The notes under the pieces: generated by a model | The model's input: the letters and a program-made list of their open reading frames with translations, nothing else | What the model was told of the DNA's origin: nothing | Databases searched by the model: none | Made by a program: the position numbers and the translations under genes | From: Eledone cirrhosa | Taxonomy: Eukaryota | Length of the DNA stretch: 64,000 bases | Direction: 5' to 3' | Assembly (NCBI GenBank): GCA_964016885.1 | Contig: OZ024744.1 | Coordinates: forward strand, 36,146,001-36,210,000 | Shown here: piece by piece, positions 44,251 through 57,635 of the stretch | Numbering within the stretch: the first letter of the stretch is position 1 | Layout: each line of letters opens with the position of its first letter

Positions 44251-45300
44251 CAGCCCCAGACCATGTACATTTATACATCCTAGTCTATTAATGGCTTTGT
44301 TGACTGGTTAGTGAAGAGAAAAAAAAAGCAGGGTAGGAGTCTTTTTACTCGCCGGCTGCTATTGAAGATGCGGTGGTTCAACCTCTATATTTGGTGGGAT
44401 TTCCTTTGATAACTCATTTAAAAGCTTACTCGTGATTTTTGAGGTACCTAACGACATGCACACTATCATTAGTGCATCAAGTACTTTAAATGTGTTGGTG
44501 CCAAAAATCCCGTCTTTCTCAGCCTCTTTTCTTCGTGCTATGAAGTTTGGTGTCTGTGTGGTTTTGGTTGTGCGTGTTTTTGTTTAATTGGTTGTGCTGC
44601 TAGTGGTAGCTGTGGTAGTGTTGGTAGAAGTGGTGCTGGTATTGTGGGTGTGTGTATTAGTTGTGTGTGTAGATTTTGCTTTTCCCGTTGTGTATGTTGC
44701 TGTGTTGCCAGATGTTTTTATCTTGTTTTCGTTTTTGTTATTTTCATTTTGTGTGTGTGTGTGTGTGTGGGGGGGGGGGTCTAATCTTCATTGCGTAGGA
44801 GGTCTCCGTATCTGTGGAATTTGTATAGGATGTTAGTGGGAGTGTGTTTGTATTTGTGTAGGTGGTTATGTGTCCGTTTGTGTTTAAAGGAGGAGAGAGT
44901 GAGAGTGAGGGTGTGGTAGAGGGTGAGGGAGACCTTAGTTCTCCCATCTGTATCTACTATCCATCGCTGCAAGACAATGTGTTGGAACTGCTACACAGTT
45001 TCATTCTTGACAGTGGTTTTACTCAGTGTTGTCACCGGTGATGTTCTGGCAAGAATGTTTGTAAGAACTAGGGTCATCATCTTTGGAATTTACTGTTTCC
45101 TCTGCTGCCTCTACTGATGTCTCCTTTTTCTGTATTATTTTTCTGTCCCTCTTCTCATAGAAAGAATGATCTCAGGTGGTCTTTATTACCACACATGTAA
45201 CAATTAGGTAACAATTCGGAAAGAATCACAGGGAATAATTTGTAAAGAATGTAAGCACACATAGCTAGGTAGGTAACTAATTAAAGTTTAACTAGAACTT

Positions 45301-45335
<35 letters not shown>

Positions 45336-45552
45336 ATATTTGGGGAGGGTCATATTTGCGTAATATTGCCAGAATTAATAACAGAACACACTCACTGTTT
45401 GGTTGGTTTTCGCTTCTCGCTGTCTTTTATATATATATATCTGCGATCTGACTTACTCGGTCCTCAATGTTGCCATTGACTGACCGGCGGTCAAAAATAA
45501 TACAGATATAATATAGACACAAACAAAACCTCGCAAAACTAATTCATCGCCG

Positions 45553-45595
<43 letters not shown>

Positions 45596-45596
45596 A

Positions 45597-48500
45597 ATAT
45601 TTATAAGTCGTTTGGAAGCCTCGACAATGGAAATGGGTAAATCTCCGGGTAACAAGGTCCGGTGGTAGAGAGAGATATGTAAGTGGGTGTACGTTGAGAT
45701 GCGTGGTGTGTATAAGATGTGTGAGATGTGTAGAATGAAGGGAAGAGTAAAAGAATAAAAATAATAATAACAACACAAGAGAGAGCGTTACCTTGGGAGA
45801 GATTTAATAGTCCCTATATATTTCGGATTCACATCCATCAACTGGGGTTTTTCCGGGGTGGGGGAAAAGGTTGTCTGTCGGACAACTCGGAACGCGTCTT
45901 TCGCTGCCTGTTGATTTGAATATCTGAGGTATTCGGCCGAGCGCGCGTGCGCGTGAAATGGGGTCGGTCGTACAGAGGTCAGCGGCCGAATGAGGGAGTG
46001 GGATGGCGCTAGCTGTCAGTCCATTCTCTGCCTGTTTGTTAAATGTTACTGTGCGTGTGTGTGCGTGTGTTGTTGTCTCGCTTGAGTGTGTGTGTGTGTG
46101 TGTGTGTGCGTGTGTTGTTGCCTTGTTCATCTGTATTGGCAGTGTAGTATGTTCGTATGGTGGAATGCTACTGTGTGTGTGTGTGCGTGTGTGTGTGTGT
46201 GTGTGTAGTTGTCTCGTTTGCGTGTGTGTGCGTGTGTTGTGTGTTGTTGCATCGCTTGTTAACTTAAACCAGCCATTTCATTTCGCTTCTCTCTAATCGG
46301 TTGTTTATTTGCGGTTGCAGTTGTTTAATAAGAAGCGCTTCCTTAATACGTAACGTGCCGACGTTTCTTTCAGTCGCTAGAATGGTGACAATGGGCCTTC
46401 CGTCTTTGTTTCCGCATTTGTCTATGTGTTTCCGGAAAGACGAGGCCCTGGTTTTAATGTGTTCCTTGATCCGGATGTGCAAAGGTCGAATTGTGCTACC
46501 TATGTAGTATTGGTTGCACCTGTCACATTCTATCTTATACACGACGTATGTGCGTAGGCAACAGTTAGCATGGCGTATCGGGCAGTCTCTGAGGGAGCAT
46601 GCGTCAGTAGATTTTTCGGGTTTTCTGGAGAGGCATGTTCGCAGGGAGGGGCCCGAGTGGGCCAGGTGGATGTCGAGGCCCTCCCTCCGTATAGCCTTGC
46701 GGATAGCGTTGGTGGTTTTCTCGCCCAGGTGTGGAATTTTAAGGAAGCACTTGCCTTGGGTGCTTCTCTGTCTCTTGCGTCTGGTGTCTCCTATTCTGTC
46801 TGTGATCGATGTAGGGTACCCGTTCGTCTCCAGCACCTCGAGGAATCGCTTGGTATGAGTGACACCACTGGCGGGATTGCTGCATCTGTTTTTGATTCGC
46901 GCGATCTCGTTCGTGATGTATCCTCTTTTGGCACTGTTAGGGAGGGCGGACTTGTAGTGAACGAATAGGTCCCTGCAGGCTGCCTTTCTGTAGAAGTTGC
47001 AGTGGATCCCTCCTTGTTCCGTGATGTTGATTCGGAAGTCGAGGAGGGCAAGTGACCCGTCTTCGTTGGGGTGTTCAACACTGAAGTCAATGTTCTCGTC
47101 CGTGTTGTTGAACGTCTCATAGATTCTGTTCGCCGTGTCTTGGGAAGATGTGAGGATGAGGATATCGTCCACGTATCTTGAGAAAAAGGCTACGGCGTTG
47201 GGGTGGCAGGCGTTGAGAGCCTTTCGTTCGAGGTTGTCCATGTAGGAGATCGCTAGCACACCTGATAGACTTGATCCCATGGGCAATCCCGAGGTTTGTT
47301 GGTATATTTGGTCAAGGAATCCGAAGTAGGTGTTGTCGACGACGATGGATAGGAGTTGGTGTATGTCAGTGGTGGTGAGCCCGAAGCAGTGTAGGTTGGT
47401 GGATTGGACGCGTTCCATTAGTAAATTGACGGCCGGGAGTGCCGGGACCGAGGTGTAGAGAGCGACTACATCAAGGCTGAAGGCATATCTGTTATTTTTT
47501 CTGGTGTCGGGATCCATTTGATGCAGGCGCTTCCTTCAACACCTCCTCGGAGCTGTTAACGTGTCCCGGCAAGGTGTCTAAGATGGGTTTGAGTATTCTG
47601 GCTAGGAGCCATGAAATTTTGTAGAGTGGTCCCTCCACGCTCGATACGATGGGCCTGATTTTCAGGTCGGTTCCCTGTTTGTGTGTTTTCACGAGGTGGT
47701 AGAAGGCGGGTAGTCTGCTGTTCCTCGTGAGGAGGTTGTATCTCAGCTTCTTCGGGAGCTTCCGCCGGTCGCAGATGTTGGTCCAGGCGGAGTTGATGTG
47801 TTCTTCTATCTGCGCGGGAGTGATTCCCGTGACCTTGGAGTAGAGGTTGTCATCGTCAAGGTGTTGGAGGGCCAGGGTGTTGTAGGCCTCTCTGCTGATG
47901 ACGCAGAATTCTTTTCCCTTGTTGGAGGGGAGATAGATGAGGTTCTTCGATTTTAGGTTGGAGAGAGTGGTGAGTTGAGATTTGGTGAGGTTATGTGTTG
48001 TGCGTGTGTGTGTGTGTTTGTGAAGTATATCCGAGATAGAGTGTTTAAGCCTGATGAGTTTGGTGTCGAGTTCGTGGTTGGTGGGTGGGGGGTAGAGTGG
48101 GTTGTCGGGGTGGTAAGTGGGGAACTTGGGTTGGGTTGTGTCGGCGCTGTTAGTATCTGTGGCGCTGTTGATAGCGGTCACCCATTTAAGTTGGTAAGCG
48201 GCTCGACAAAAGTTAGCCTTGAGTTTGAGTCTGTCGTCGAGACGTTGTGTGACGATGAACTTAGGTCCGAGGTGTAGGAGTTTCAGCTCGTCGCTCGTGA
48301 GAGTGCCGGTTAGGTCGGTGACCAGGTGCGTCGCATCGTTGAGGTATGGCTCGGTGTTGGTGGTAGCGGCGGTGGCGGTTGTTAAGTTGTTGTTTTCCAC
48401 GTGGTTCTGGTCCGTCTGTTCGTTAGTGTCGATGTTCTCCTTGTGGCGTTTCGACAAGATCCACTCATATTTTCGCTTGAGTCGTTTTTTCTCGTATTGG

Positions 48501-49056
48501 ACTCTGGAGTGGTAGCACTGGTCGATTGCTTTAGTGATATTTAGGAGCAAGTCTCCGGGTGCTATTGGCAGTCGATGTGTCCGCTCTGAGAGTGTCCGCT
48601 AGCGCCATCCCACTCCCTCATTCGGCCGCTGACCTCTGTACGACCGACCCCATTTCACGCGCACGCGCGCTCGGCCGAATACCTCAGATATTCAAATCAA
48701 CAGACAGCGAAAGACGCGTTCCGAGTTGTCCGACAGACAACCTTTTCCCCCACCCCGGAAAAAACCCCAGTTGATGGATGTGAATCCGAAATATATAGGG
48801 ACTATTAAATCTCTCCCAAGGTAACTCTCTCTCTTGTGTTGTTATTATTATTTTTATTCTTTTACTCTTCCCTTCATTCTACACATCTCACACATCTTAT
48901 ACACACCACGCACCTCAACGTACACGCACTTACATATCTCTCTCTCCACCACCGGACCTTGTTACCCGGATATTTACCCATTTGCATTGTCGAGGCTTCC
49001 AAACGACTTATAAATATCTACTTATTGTTCCACAATGCTTCAAGCAAACTTCAATA

Positions 49057-49061
<5 letters not shown>
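45597..49061 (-). mobile_element. Penelope-like element (RT + GIY-YIG) with ~420 bp inverted pseudo-LTRs
   Basis: ORFs 47492-48550 and 46264-47517 (LGPKF, KTHK, RPIVS, SLDVVALY, GLPMGS, YVDD, VVY..YIGST). 45597-46013 is the reverse complement of 48598-49017. Confidence 0.93.
48765..48800 (+). ncRNA. hammerhead-like motif with atypical core CAGUUGA (identical copy 45812-45847, minus)
   Basis: CCC-CAGUUGA-U-GGAU(GUGA)AUCC-GAAA-UAUA-UA-GGG, then ATTAAA. Confidence 0.6.
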
Positions 49062-49135
<74 letters not shown>

Positions 49136-49257
49136 ACATATATATATATATTTATTAAAATATATATATATAGTAAAGGGTTCTTATATATTAGATATAT
49201 ATTTATCCTTATCGAGCTCTCTTTGGATTTTAGTCTTCACATTTATTATTATTATTA

Positions 49258-52200
49258 GTACTGTTCTTTGAGTCTCCGTCATTGATGTTGGTTAACTGGA
49301 AAGTTTATTCAAATGAATATCAAGCTGCTACCTGCAGCCTCAGATATTCAGGACGTATCGGAGGGTTCTTGCTGTTCCCAGCAAGCATGCCTTTTGAAGC
49401 GTTCCAAAAAGCGTGAAAGGGCCAATTTTCTTTAACCATCCCTGGAAACTTTTTGAGATAGTCCCTAGTGCACCTATGACAATCGGGATCACTTTGTCTT
49501 CATGGCAGTTCCAAATCCTTTTTACCTCCCACTTTAAGTCCTGGTATCGGTTAATTTTCTCCCTCTCCTTCTCTTGCACTCTCGTGTCGAATGGGCAGGC
49601 CACATCCACAATCAGGCACGATCTTTTTTCTTTGTGCAAAACCACCATGTCAGGTCTATTGTGTTCCAGTTTCTTGTCCTTATGAATACTAAAATCCCAC
49701 AGCAGCTTCACCTGATCGTTTTCTATCACCACCTCTGGCTTATGCTCATACCACTTCTCAGAATGTGGTAAATTGTTTACTTTGCATAGGTGCCAGTGGA
49801 TCACCCTGCCCATCACATCATGTCTCCAGCCCTTATAGTGAGTCTGGGCTAGGTATTTACACTCGGATACAATGTGAGCCACAGTCTCCTCTCTCTCTCC
49901 ACAGATCCTGCACAGTGGGCTAGCCTCCTCCTTGTAAATGTGGTGTTTCAACCACTTCGTTTTGAGGGCCTGCTCCTGCGCAGCCATTACCATTCCTTCT
50001 GTAGCCTTTTTAAGGTCTCCTCTTTTCAACCAGTTCCATGTCTGTTGATCTCTAAATTCAGTTTTCTCAAAGAAGGTACTATGAAGGGATTTTTCCTGAA
50101 GGCTGCTCTTTCTCCTTGATGTTATTTCCTCCTTGGACATCCCCTGGCCTATTGTCGCCTCCTTCAGTACAGTTCTGAGCATTGGCTCCTTACTATCAGT
50201 CACGTATTTGTGTAGGTTGTTTTTCTCCATCTGAACACAGTCCTCTATGCTGATAAGATCTTCCACCTTCAGATCTCCTTAAGTAGAGTCTATTGACATC
50301 ACTCCTCTTGTGGAACATGTTGTAGATAGTCAATAGCTTCCTAGTCTTCCTATCCATTTCTTTTTGTTCAGCAACATTCCATCTCAGAATTCCCGCACTG
50401 TACCTAATAATAGACACAGATCGGGAATTTACTGCACTTATGGCATTCCTACTGTTCAGATGTGACTTTAATACGCTCCTTACTCTCCGAAGGTATTCAG
50501 TTCTTATCAATTCCTTCATTTTTTTTTGTTCTTGATGTCATCAGCCTCCAGAACGCCCAAATACTTGTCTCCTTCCTCAGAGTCAATTTGTTTTATCATC
50601 TCACCTGTTGGTATCTGGATTCCGTTACTTCTGCTCAACTTAACCCTCCTCATCACAATGACTCCACACTTACTAATACCAAATTGCATACATATATCAT
50701 TGGTGAAAATACGGAGTGTCAACAAGCGCATCCAACTCCTTCTCACTCTTCCCGAAGAGCTTAAGATCGTCCATGAAGAGGAGGTGATTGATGGTAAGCC
50801 CTCCCTTTCCCAACCTGTATCCTGCTCTCACTTTACGCAGTACACTGGTCAGGGGCATCAGGGCAAGGACAAACAACAGAGGGGACAGAATATCTCCCTG
50901 GAAGATACCTCTCTTGATCTTCACGCTTCCCAAAGATTCTCCAGTTGATGTTAACTCTGTTTCCCAGGACTTCATACTTTTGCCCAACAACTGTCTGATG
51001 TTATCTGCCACCTTGAAGATCTCCAGGCTTTTGGTGATCCAAGAATGAGTCACCATGTCAAATGCCTTTTTGTAGTCTATCCATCCTATGGCAAGACCAG
51101 TGTGTCTCCTCTTGCAATTCCTCACTACCATCTTATCAATAAGTAACTGGTCCTTTGTACCACGGGACTTCTTTCGGTATCCTTTCTGTTCGTCCGGTAA
51201 CAAGTTGTTTGTGTGGAGGTGATGGTAGATTTCCTCAGACACAATGCTCGTCAACATTTTCCACATTACGGACAGACATGTGATAGGTCTATAGTTGGTA
51301 ACATCATTACCCTTGATTCGGTTTTTCATTATCAGAACTGTGGTACCTTTTGTCAACCACTCTGGTACCTCACCTGACATCAAGCAGTCATTGAACATGG
51401 TTGTCAGTTTCGGGTGGAGGGATGTTATGTTTTTAATCCAATACCTCTGCACACCATCTGGGCCAGGTGATTTCCAGTTGGTTAGTTTTTTGGCCTGCCC
51501 TTTAAGAGTTTCAACTGTGATACTCAAATCAGTTTGTTGGTGTGCCTGCTCACTGATTTCCTTCTGTACTGTCTCAATCCACACTGCCTGGTCATTATGT
51601 TTAACATCCTGCTCCCATATTCCTCTCCAGAATGTTTTAGTTTGTTCCGCCTCAGGGATCAAGTCGTTGCCTCTTTCTTTCCCTTCAAGCTGTCCAAACA
51701 GCATCTTCTGGTTGTTGTCGAACATGCGGTTCTGTCTACACTGACTGACTCTGTTCTCGTATCGCCTGATTTTTGCACTCTTTGCTATAATGCGTTGCTT
51801 CAGTTCCTCTATGCTAATATTTAGCTTTTTCCTCCTAGTTTTGTACTTTATTTCCAGTCTATTTTTATTGTCTATGTTTTTTAGTGTCCCATTCAGTAGG
51901 GACTCAAGCTTTCCAATGTCATTTCCCTGATTTGACCACTTAGTTGTTTCTTCCACCAAGGCTCTGCTCTTTCTTGTCTGTTGTTTCCTCTCGGTTTTAT
52001 ACCAAGTAGTTTCCTCACCGTATTTGCTGTTGCTTTGAGGATATTGTTGAACTGGTGAAGGCTCTTCGCCTCAAGGTATGGGATGACTTTGTTTACCTTA
52101 GCTGTTGTTTCTTTTAACTTTTTCCTGTCTACAAATCTTAGGTTCATAGGTCTCCCACTATCATTGTTCAATTCATCTACCACTAAGTTTAGGATATCTA

Positions 52201-54724
52201 CCAAATCTTGTCCTAGCCCGTCAGCATTCATCTCCTCAGTGGCCGTATCTCTGTTCCAGGTATTATTTATCTCAGCATTCAGATCATTGTCTCCTTCGGG
52301 TGGTTCCTCCGTTCTCTCGACCTCTTCACCTTCATTTCCCACTGGCTCGTTTGCCTGGCATACTCTACCCTCCATCTCCAAGCTAATCTCTCTGCTCAGT
52401 TCCTCCAGTTCCAGCTCGCTTATCCACCCATTAGTTCTTATTACCCGAGCCTGCCCGGCCAGTTTTTGTTCATCTAATTTAAATAGTCCAATCTCGTTCC
52501 AGATGTTATGCATCATTTTCCTATAGCCTTTCTCCTTGGGGTTACTCTTCAGGTAACATTGCATAACAGTTCTATTCAATTCTTTCGTCCAGTTGGTTCT
52601 GGTCCCTTTCCTTCTTCTTCTTCCTCCGACACCAGTAGTATTTGGTTGACAGCCAGGTCCCTGCTGCTGAGCCAGGGAGCACCTGTTGGGTGAGAGTCTG
52701 TCACATGACATTCTAGTCTCCATTTCACCGTTATTCGAACTGTTTAGGTTCGACATTTAAACACTCTTATCGAGGATTGGCGAATGTATGGTTACATAAC
52801 CACCGGTGAATTACTTGTCTCCGGTGTTTCGTCACTCCACGTGAGACTTTTGTGTGGCATTATCACGCTGTAGACGAACCCAAATAAACAAATAAAGAAA
52901 CAGGCAGAAAAAACCCCCAAAATGAATAAGCATAAGTTTCATTGTAATGTAGTGTTTGAATGTCTGACTTAGTTTTTCCCTTCCCTTCTCTGTCCGTCCG
53001 TTTGTTTTTCTCTTCATTTTTATTTCCTTTACGTTTTTCGTTGTTGTTGTGCTGCTTTGATTTTATTTTTTATTTTTTTTTATTTTGACGGGGTCATCAA
53101 TCCAGTCTATTTATATATTTTGATGCCTTCCTCTTTTAGTGAGACTTCTACAATGTAGCAGGGGCTAGCGGGAGAGAATAGCGGCGGTAGTGACAATGAT
53201 AGTGAGGAAGCGGTGGTGTTGATGTGGTCGTATTACTGTAGTGACGGTGTTGAAGTTGGAGTAGAAATTTGAGTCGACTTAACCAGAGTTTTCATCGTGG
53301 CAGTGGTGGTGGCACTGGTGGTGAAATTATCTTTAGTGAAATTATCATTAGTCGCGTATATGTGTTGATATATTACTTTAATATTGGAATTAAACATTTT
53401 GTTAAAACTAAAACTTTATTTTAATTTTAATTTTATTTTTTTATTTTGACCGGGTCATCAATTCAGTCTATTTATATATTTTGATGTTTTCCTCTTTTAG
53501 TGAGAATTCTACAATGTAGCAGGGGGTAGCGGGAGAGAATAGCGGCGGTAGTGATATTGAGGCAGCGGCGGCGGTGGTGGTGGCGGTGCTGTGCCAGCAG
53601 CAACTAGCAGGAGGTAGTGGGAGAGAGTAGCGGCGGTAGCGATAATGAGGCAGCGGTGGTGGTGATGTGGCCGTAATACTGTAGTGATGGTGTTGAAGTT
53701 GGAGTAGAAATTTGAGTCGACTTGATCAGAGTTTTCATCGTGGTAGTGGTGGTGGTATTTGTGGTGAAATTATCTTTAGTGAAATTATCATTAGTTGCGT
53801 ATATGTGTTGACATATTTTTCTTAATATTGGAATTAAGCATTTTGTTAAAACTAAAACTTGATTTTTATTTTTTTTTTTTTATTTTGACCGGGTCATCAA
53901 TTCAGTCTATTTATATATTTTGATGTTTTCTTCTTTTAGTGGGAATTCTACAATGTATCAGGGGGTAGCGGGAGAGAATAGCGGCGGTAGTGATATTGAG
54001 GCAGCGACGGCGGCGGTGGTGGTGGCGGTGCTGTGCTAGCAGCAATTAGCAGGAGGTAGTGGGAGAGAATAGCGGCGGTAGCGATAATGAGGCAGTGGTG
54101 GTGGTGATGTAGTCGTATTACTGTAGTGATGGTGTTGGAGTTGGAGTAGAAATTTGAGTCGACTTGACCAGAGTTTTCATCGTGGTAGTGGTGGTGGTAT
54201 TGGTGGTGAAATTATCTTTAGTGAAATTATCATTAGTCGCGTATATGTGTTGACATTTACCCATAATATTGGAATTAAACATTTTGTTAAAACTAAAACT
54301 TGAGGCAATAGTAATAGTAATTATTATTATTATGCTGAGATTGGTGGTGGTGGTGGTGAAATTTCCGTTATCTGGCTGTTGTGTTTAGTGTACACAGAGG
54401 GGTGATAGGGTAGGTGGTGTATCTAGTTTCTGATGTTGGTGAAATTGCTGTTATTTGGCTGTTCTATATAGTGTAGACAGAGGGGGTTTTCTTCCATTTA
54501 TAACCATTTTCTTTTTTGAATATAAAATGTATAATACAAAATGGAATATTTGAGCGATATAACAATATATTATGGATCCGAATTTTTGGGGACTCAAGCG
54601 GGATGTTTTATGCAACATTTGTACTAAGAATTGTTATTTCACAATTGATTTAAATATGTTAAAAAATCAAAACTTACGGGAGCAATTTCTCGACCTTCTA
54701 TCCACCATGTGTGTCTTCTTCCCT
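49258..54724 (-). mobile_element. Dong/R4 family A, full-length (ATG 52756, disrupted) with complete ~2 kb 5' region
   Basis: ORFs 51893-52756, 50697-51959, 50196-50519 and 49340-50266, homologous to 38711-42074. (TAA)n at both ends on the minus strand. Confidence 0.93.
53081..54302 (-). repeat. three tandem ~360-440 bp monomers in the Dong A 5' region
   Basis: Anchor TTTTGAC(C/G)GGGTCATCAA recurs near 53083, 53444 and 53883. One monomer is present at 38055-38400. Confidence 0.9.
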
Positions 54725-54737
54725 TATTATTATTATT

Positions 54738-55695
54738 TGCATTTATCTTGCTTTATGTTCATACGAGTTATCACCAAGTCACAACCAGTGACCTCAAGAG
54801 ACAACATGGTCCACCATGTTCAAGAAAGAACATACATATTCACACATGCATCCTTAGTGTTTAGACTTGTGATGTACTTATATTGACAGGATCTTCCTTA
54901 GTATATGGGCAGTTCCCATTAGTACTATCTTTTGTATTTCTCCTATACGCGGGTTTCCTGGGATTTGCGATAAGTAGTCGTTAGACCCCTTAGGTATCAT
55001 TCCCAGAGCGCCTACAACCACTGGTATTGTTTTAGTTCTCAATTTCCACATTTTTCCAATTTCTATCTCCAGGTCCTTATACTTGCTCAATTTTTCAAAT
55101 GTTTTTATAGATACATTCTTGTCTATTGGAACAGACATATCAATTAGCAGGCATACCCTCCTTTGAAAGTCCTTCAATATTATATCAGGTCTATTTGCAT
55201 CTATTTTTCGGTCTGTTTGGATGCTAAAGTTCCACAAGATTGAGATGTGATCTTTTTCTAGTATGGGAGGTGGTTGATGCTCCCACCAATTCTTTGATGG
55301 GGCAGGTCAAAATGCTTACACATTATCCAATGTATGTATTGTGCAGCTCTGTCATGCCTGTTTAGGTATTCGGTTGGAGCTATAGGACTGCACATTGAAA
55401 TTATATGGTCAATGGTCTCTGGTTGTTTTTTGCATACACGGCATAATGGGCTGCACCCATTTTTTATTATGTTGGCTTGGTAATTTTCTGTTGGCAGACA
55501 CTGATCTTGTGCCGATATAATCAGTCCTTCAGTCTCCGATTTCAGTCCAGAGGATGCCAACCACTGATGGGTTAAAGTTTTGTCAACATCAGGATTGTTA
55601 GCTCGTTCTGGGTATTTTCCATACAGAGGCTTTTCTTGCCATTTCTTAGCCAGTTTCTGTAGCAGTTCTTTCTTTGCAGTTACTTTTACCTGCTT
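54738..55695 (-). mobile_element. Dong family B 3' fragment (tandem copy 1)
   Basis: Matches 34100-35057, with one frameshift. Confidence 0.92.
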
Positions 55696-55722
55696 CTTCT
55701 TCTTCTTATTATTATTATTATT

Positions 55723-56799
<1,077 letters not shown>

Positions 56800-57468
56800 T
56801 TCGATAAGATAGGTGCTCCTGAAGGGAAAAAAATCACCGTGAAACGTGACCGTTCACAACATACAACAATAACAATAAGATAATATCAATAGTGACATTT
56901 CAGTATGGAATTTCAGTGTTAGCCGTCAGGTTATCTATAAATATTCACACATACATCCATTTATCTCTCTACACACACAAACACACAAGAGAAGTCATGT
57001 TGAATTAAAATTGTCTCCGATTACAACATGGTTTACTGAATTGGTAGATTTTCCGGAAAAAAAAATGGAATGAAAAAAAATACAAAGAAACACTTCAATT
57101 GACTATTATTATGTACATTAGACCCACCTTTTCACTTCCTATTTATGAAATCTGGTTAAAATCCAGCAGCGTTCACTTTATATGCCAAATTTGGATCACA
57201 ATATCTATGCAAATAACATTTATTGATTGATTGATTGAAGAGAAAGAATGAAAAAACAAACAAAGCAACAACAACAGAAAAATAAAAACAAAAATAAAAT
57301 AAACCTACAAAAATATTGAAAGTAAAGGACTAAAAGTATCTGTAAGAGCGAGGGAGAAAATGTGTTGAATATACATGTAAATAGTTGAATAAATGGAACA
57401 TGACGCCATTTATACGTATCACCAATGTTAACCAAGATCAGCTGTCTCCTATTCTGGAACTACGCTTA

Positions 57469-57532
<64 letters not shown>

Positions 57533-57635
57533 GCACACACACATACATATATGTGTGTGTGCGCGCGCATAAACACATACATGCGTACATATATATGTAT
57601 GCATATACACACATATATACATACATATATATATA

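Noticed and set aside
44300-45300. Possible LINE ORF1 relic on the minus strand
   Set aside because: No diagnostic motif, and the frames are broken.
53081-54302. CRISPR-like array
   Set aside because: Whole units repeat with no unique spacers, and the context is eukaryotic.
54565-54590. GATCCGAATTT resembling miR-10
   Set aside because: The seed is absent, there is no precursor hairpin, and it lies in a LINE 5' region.
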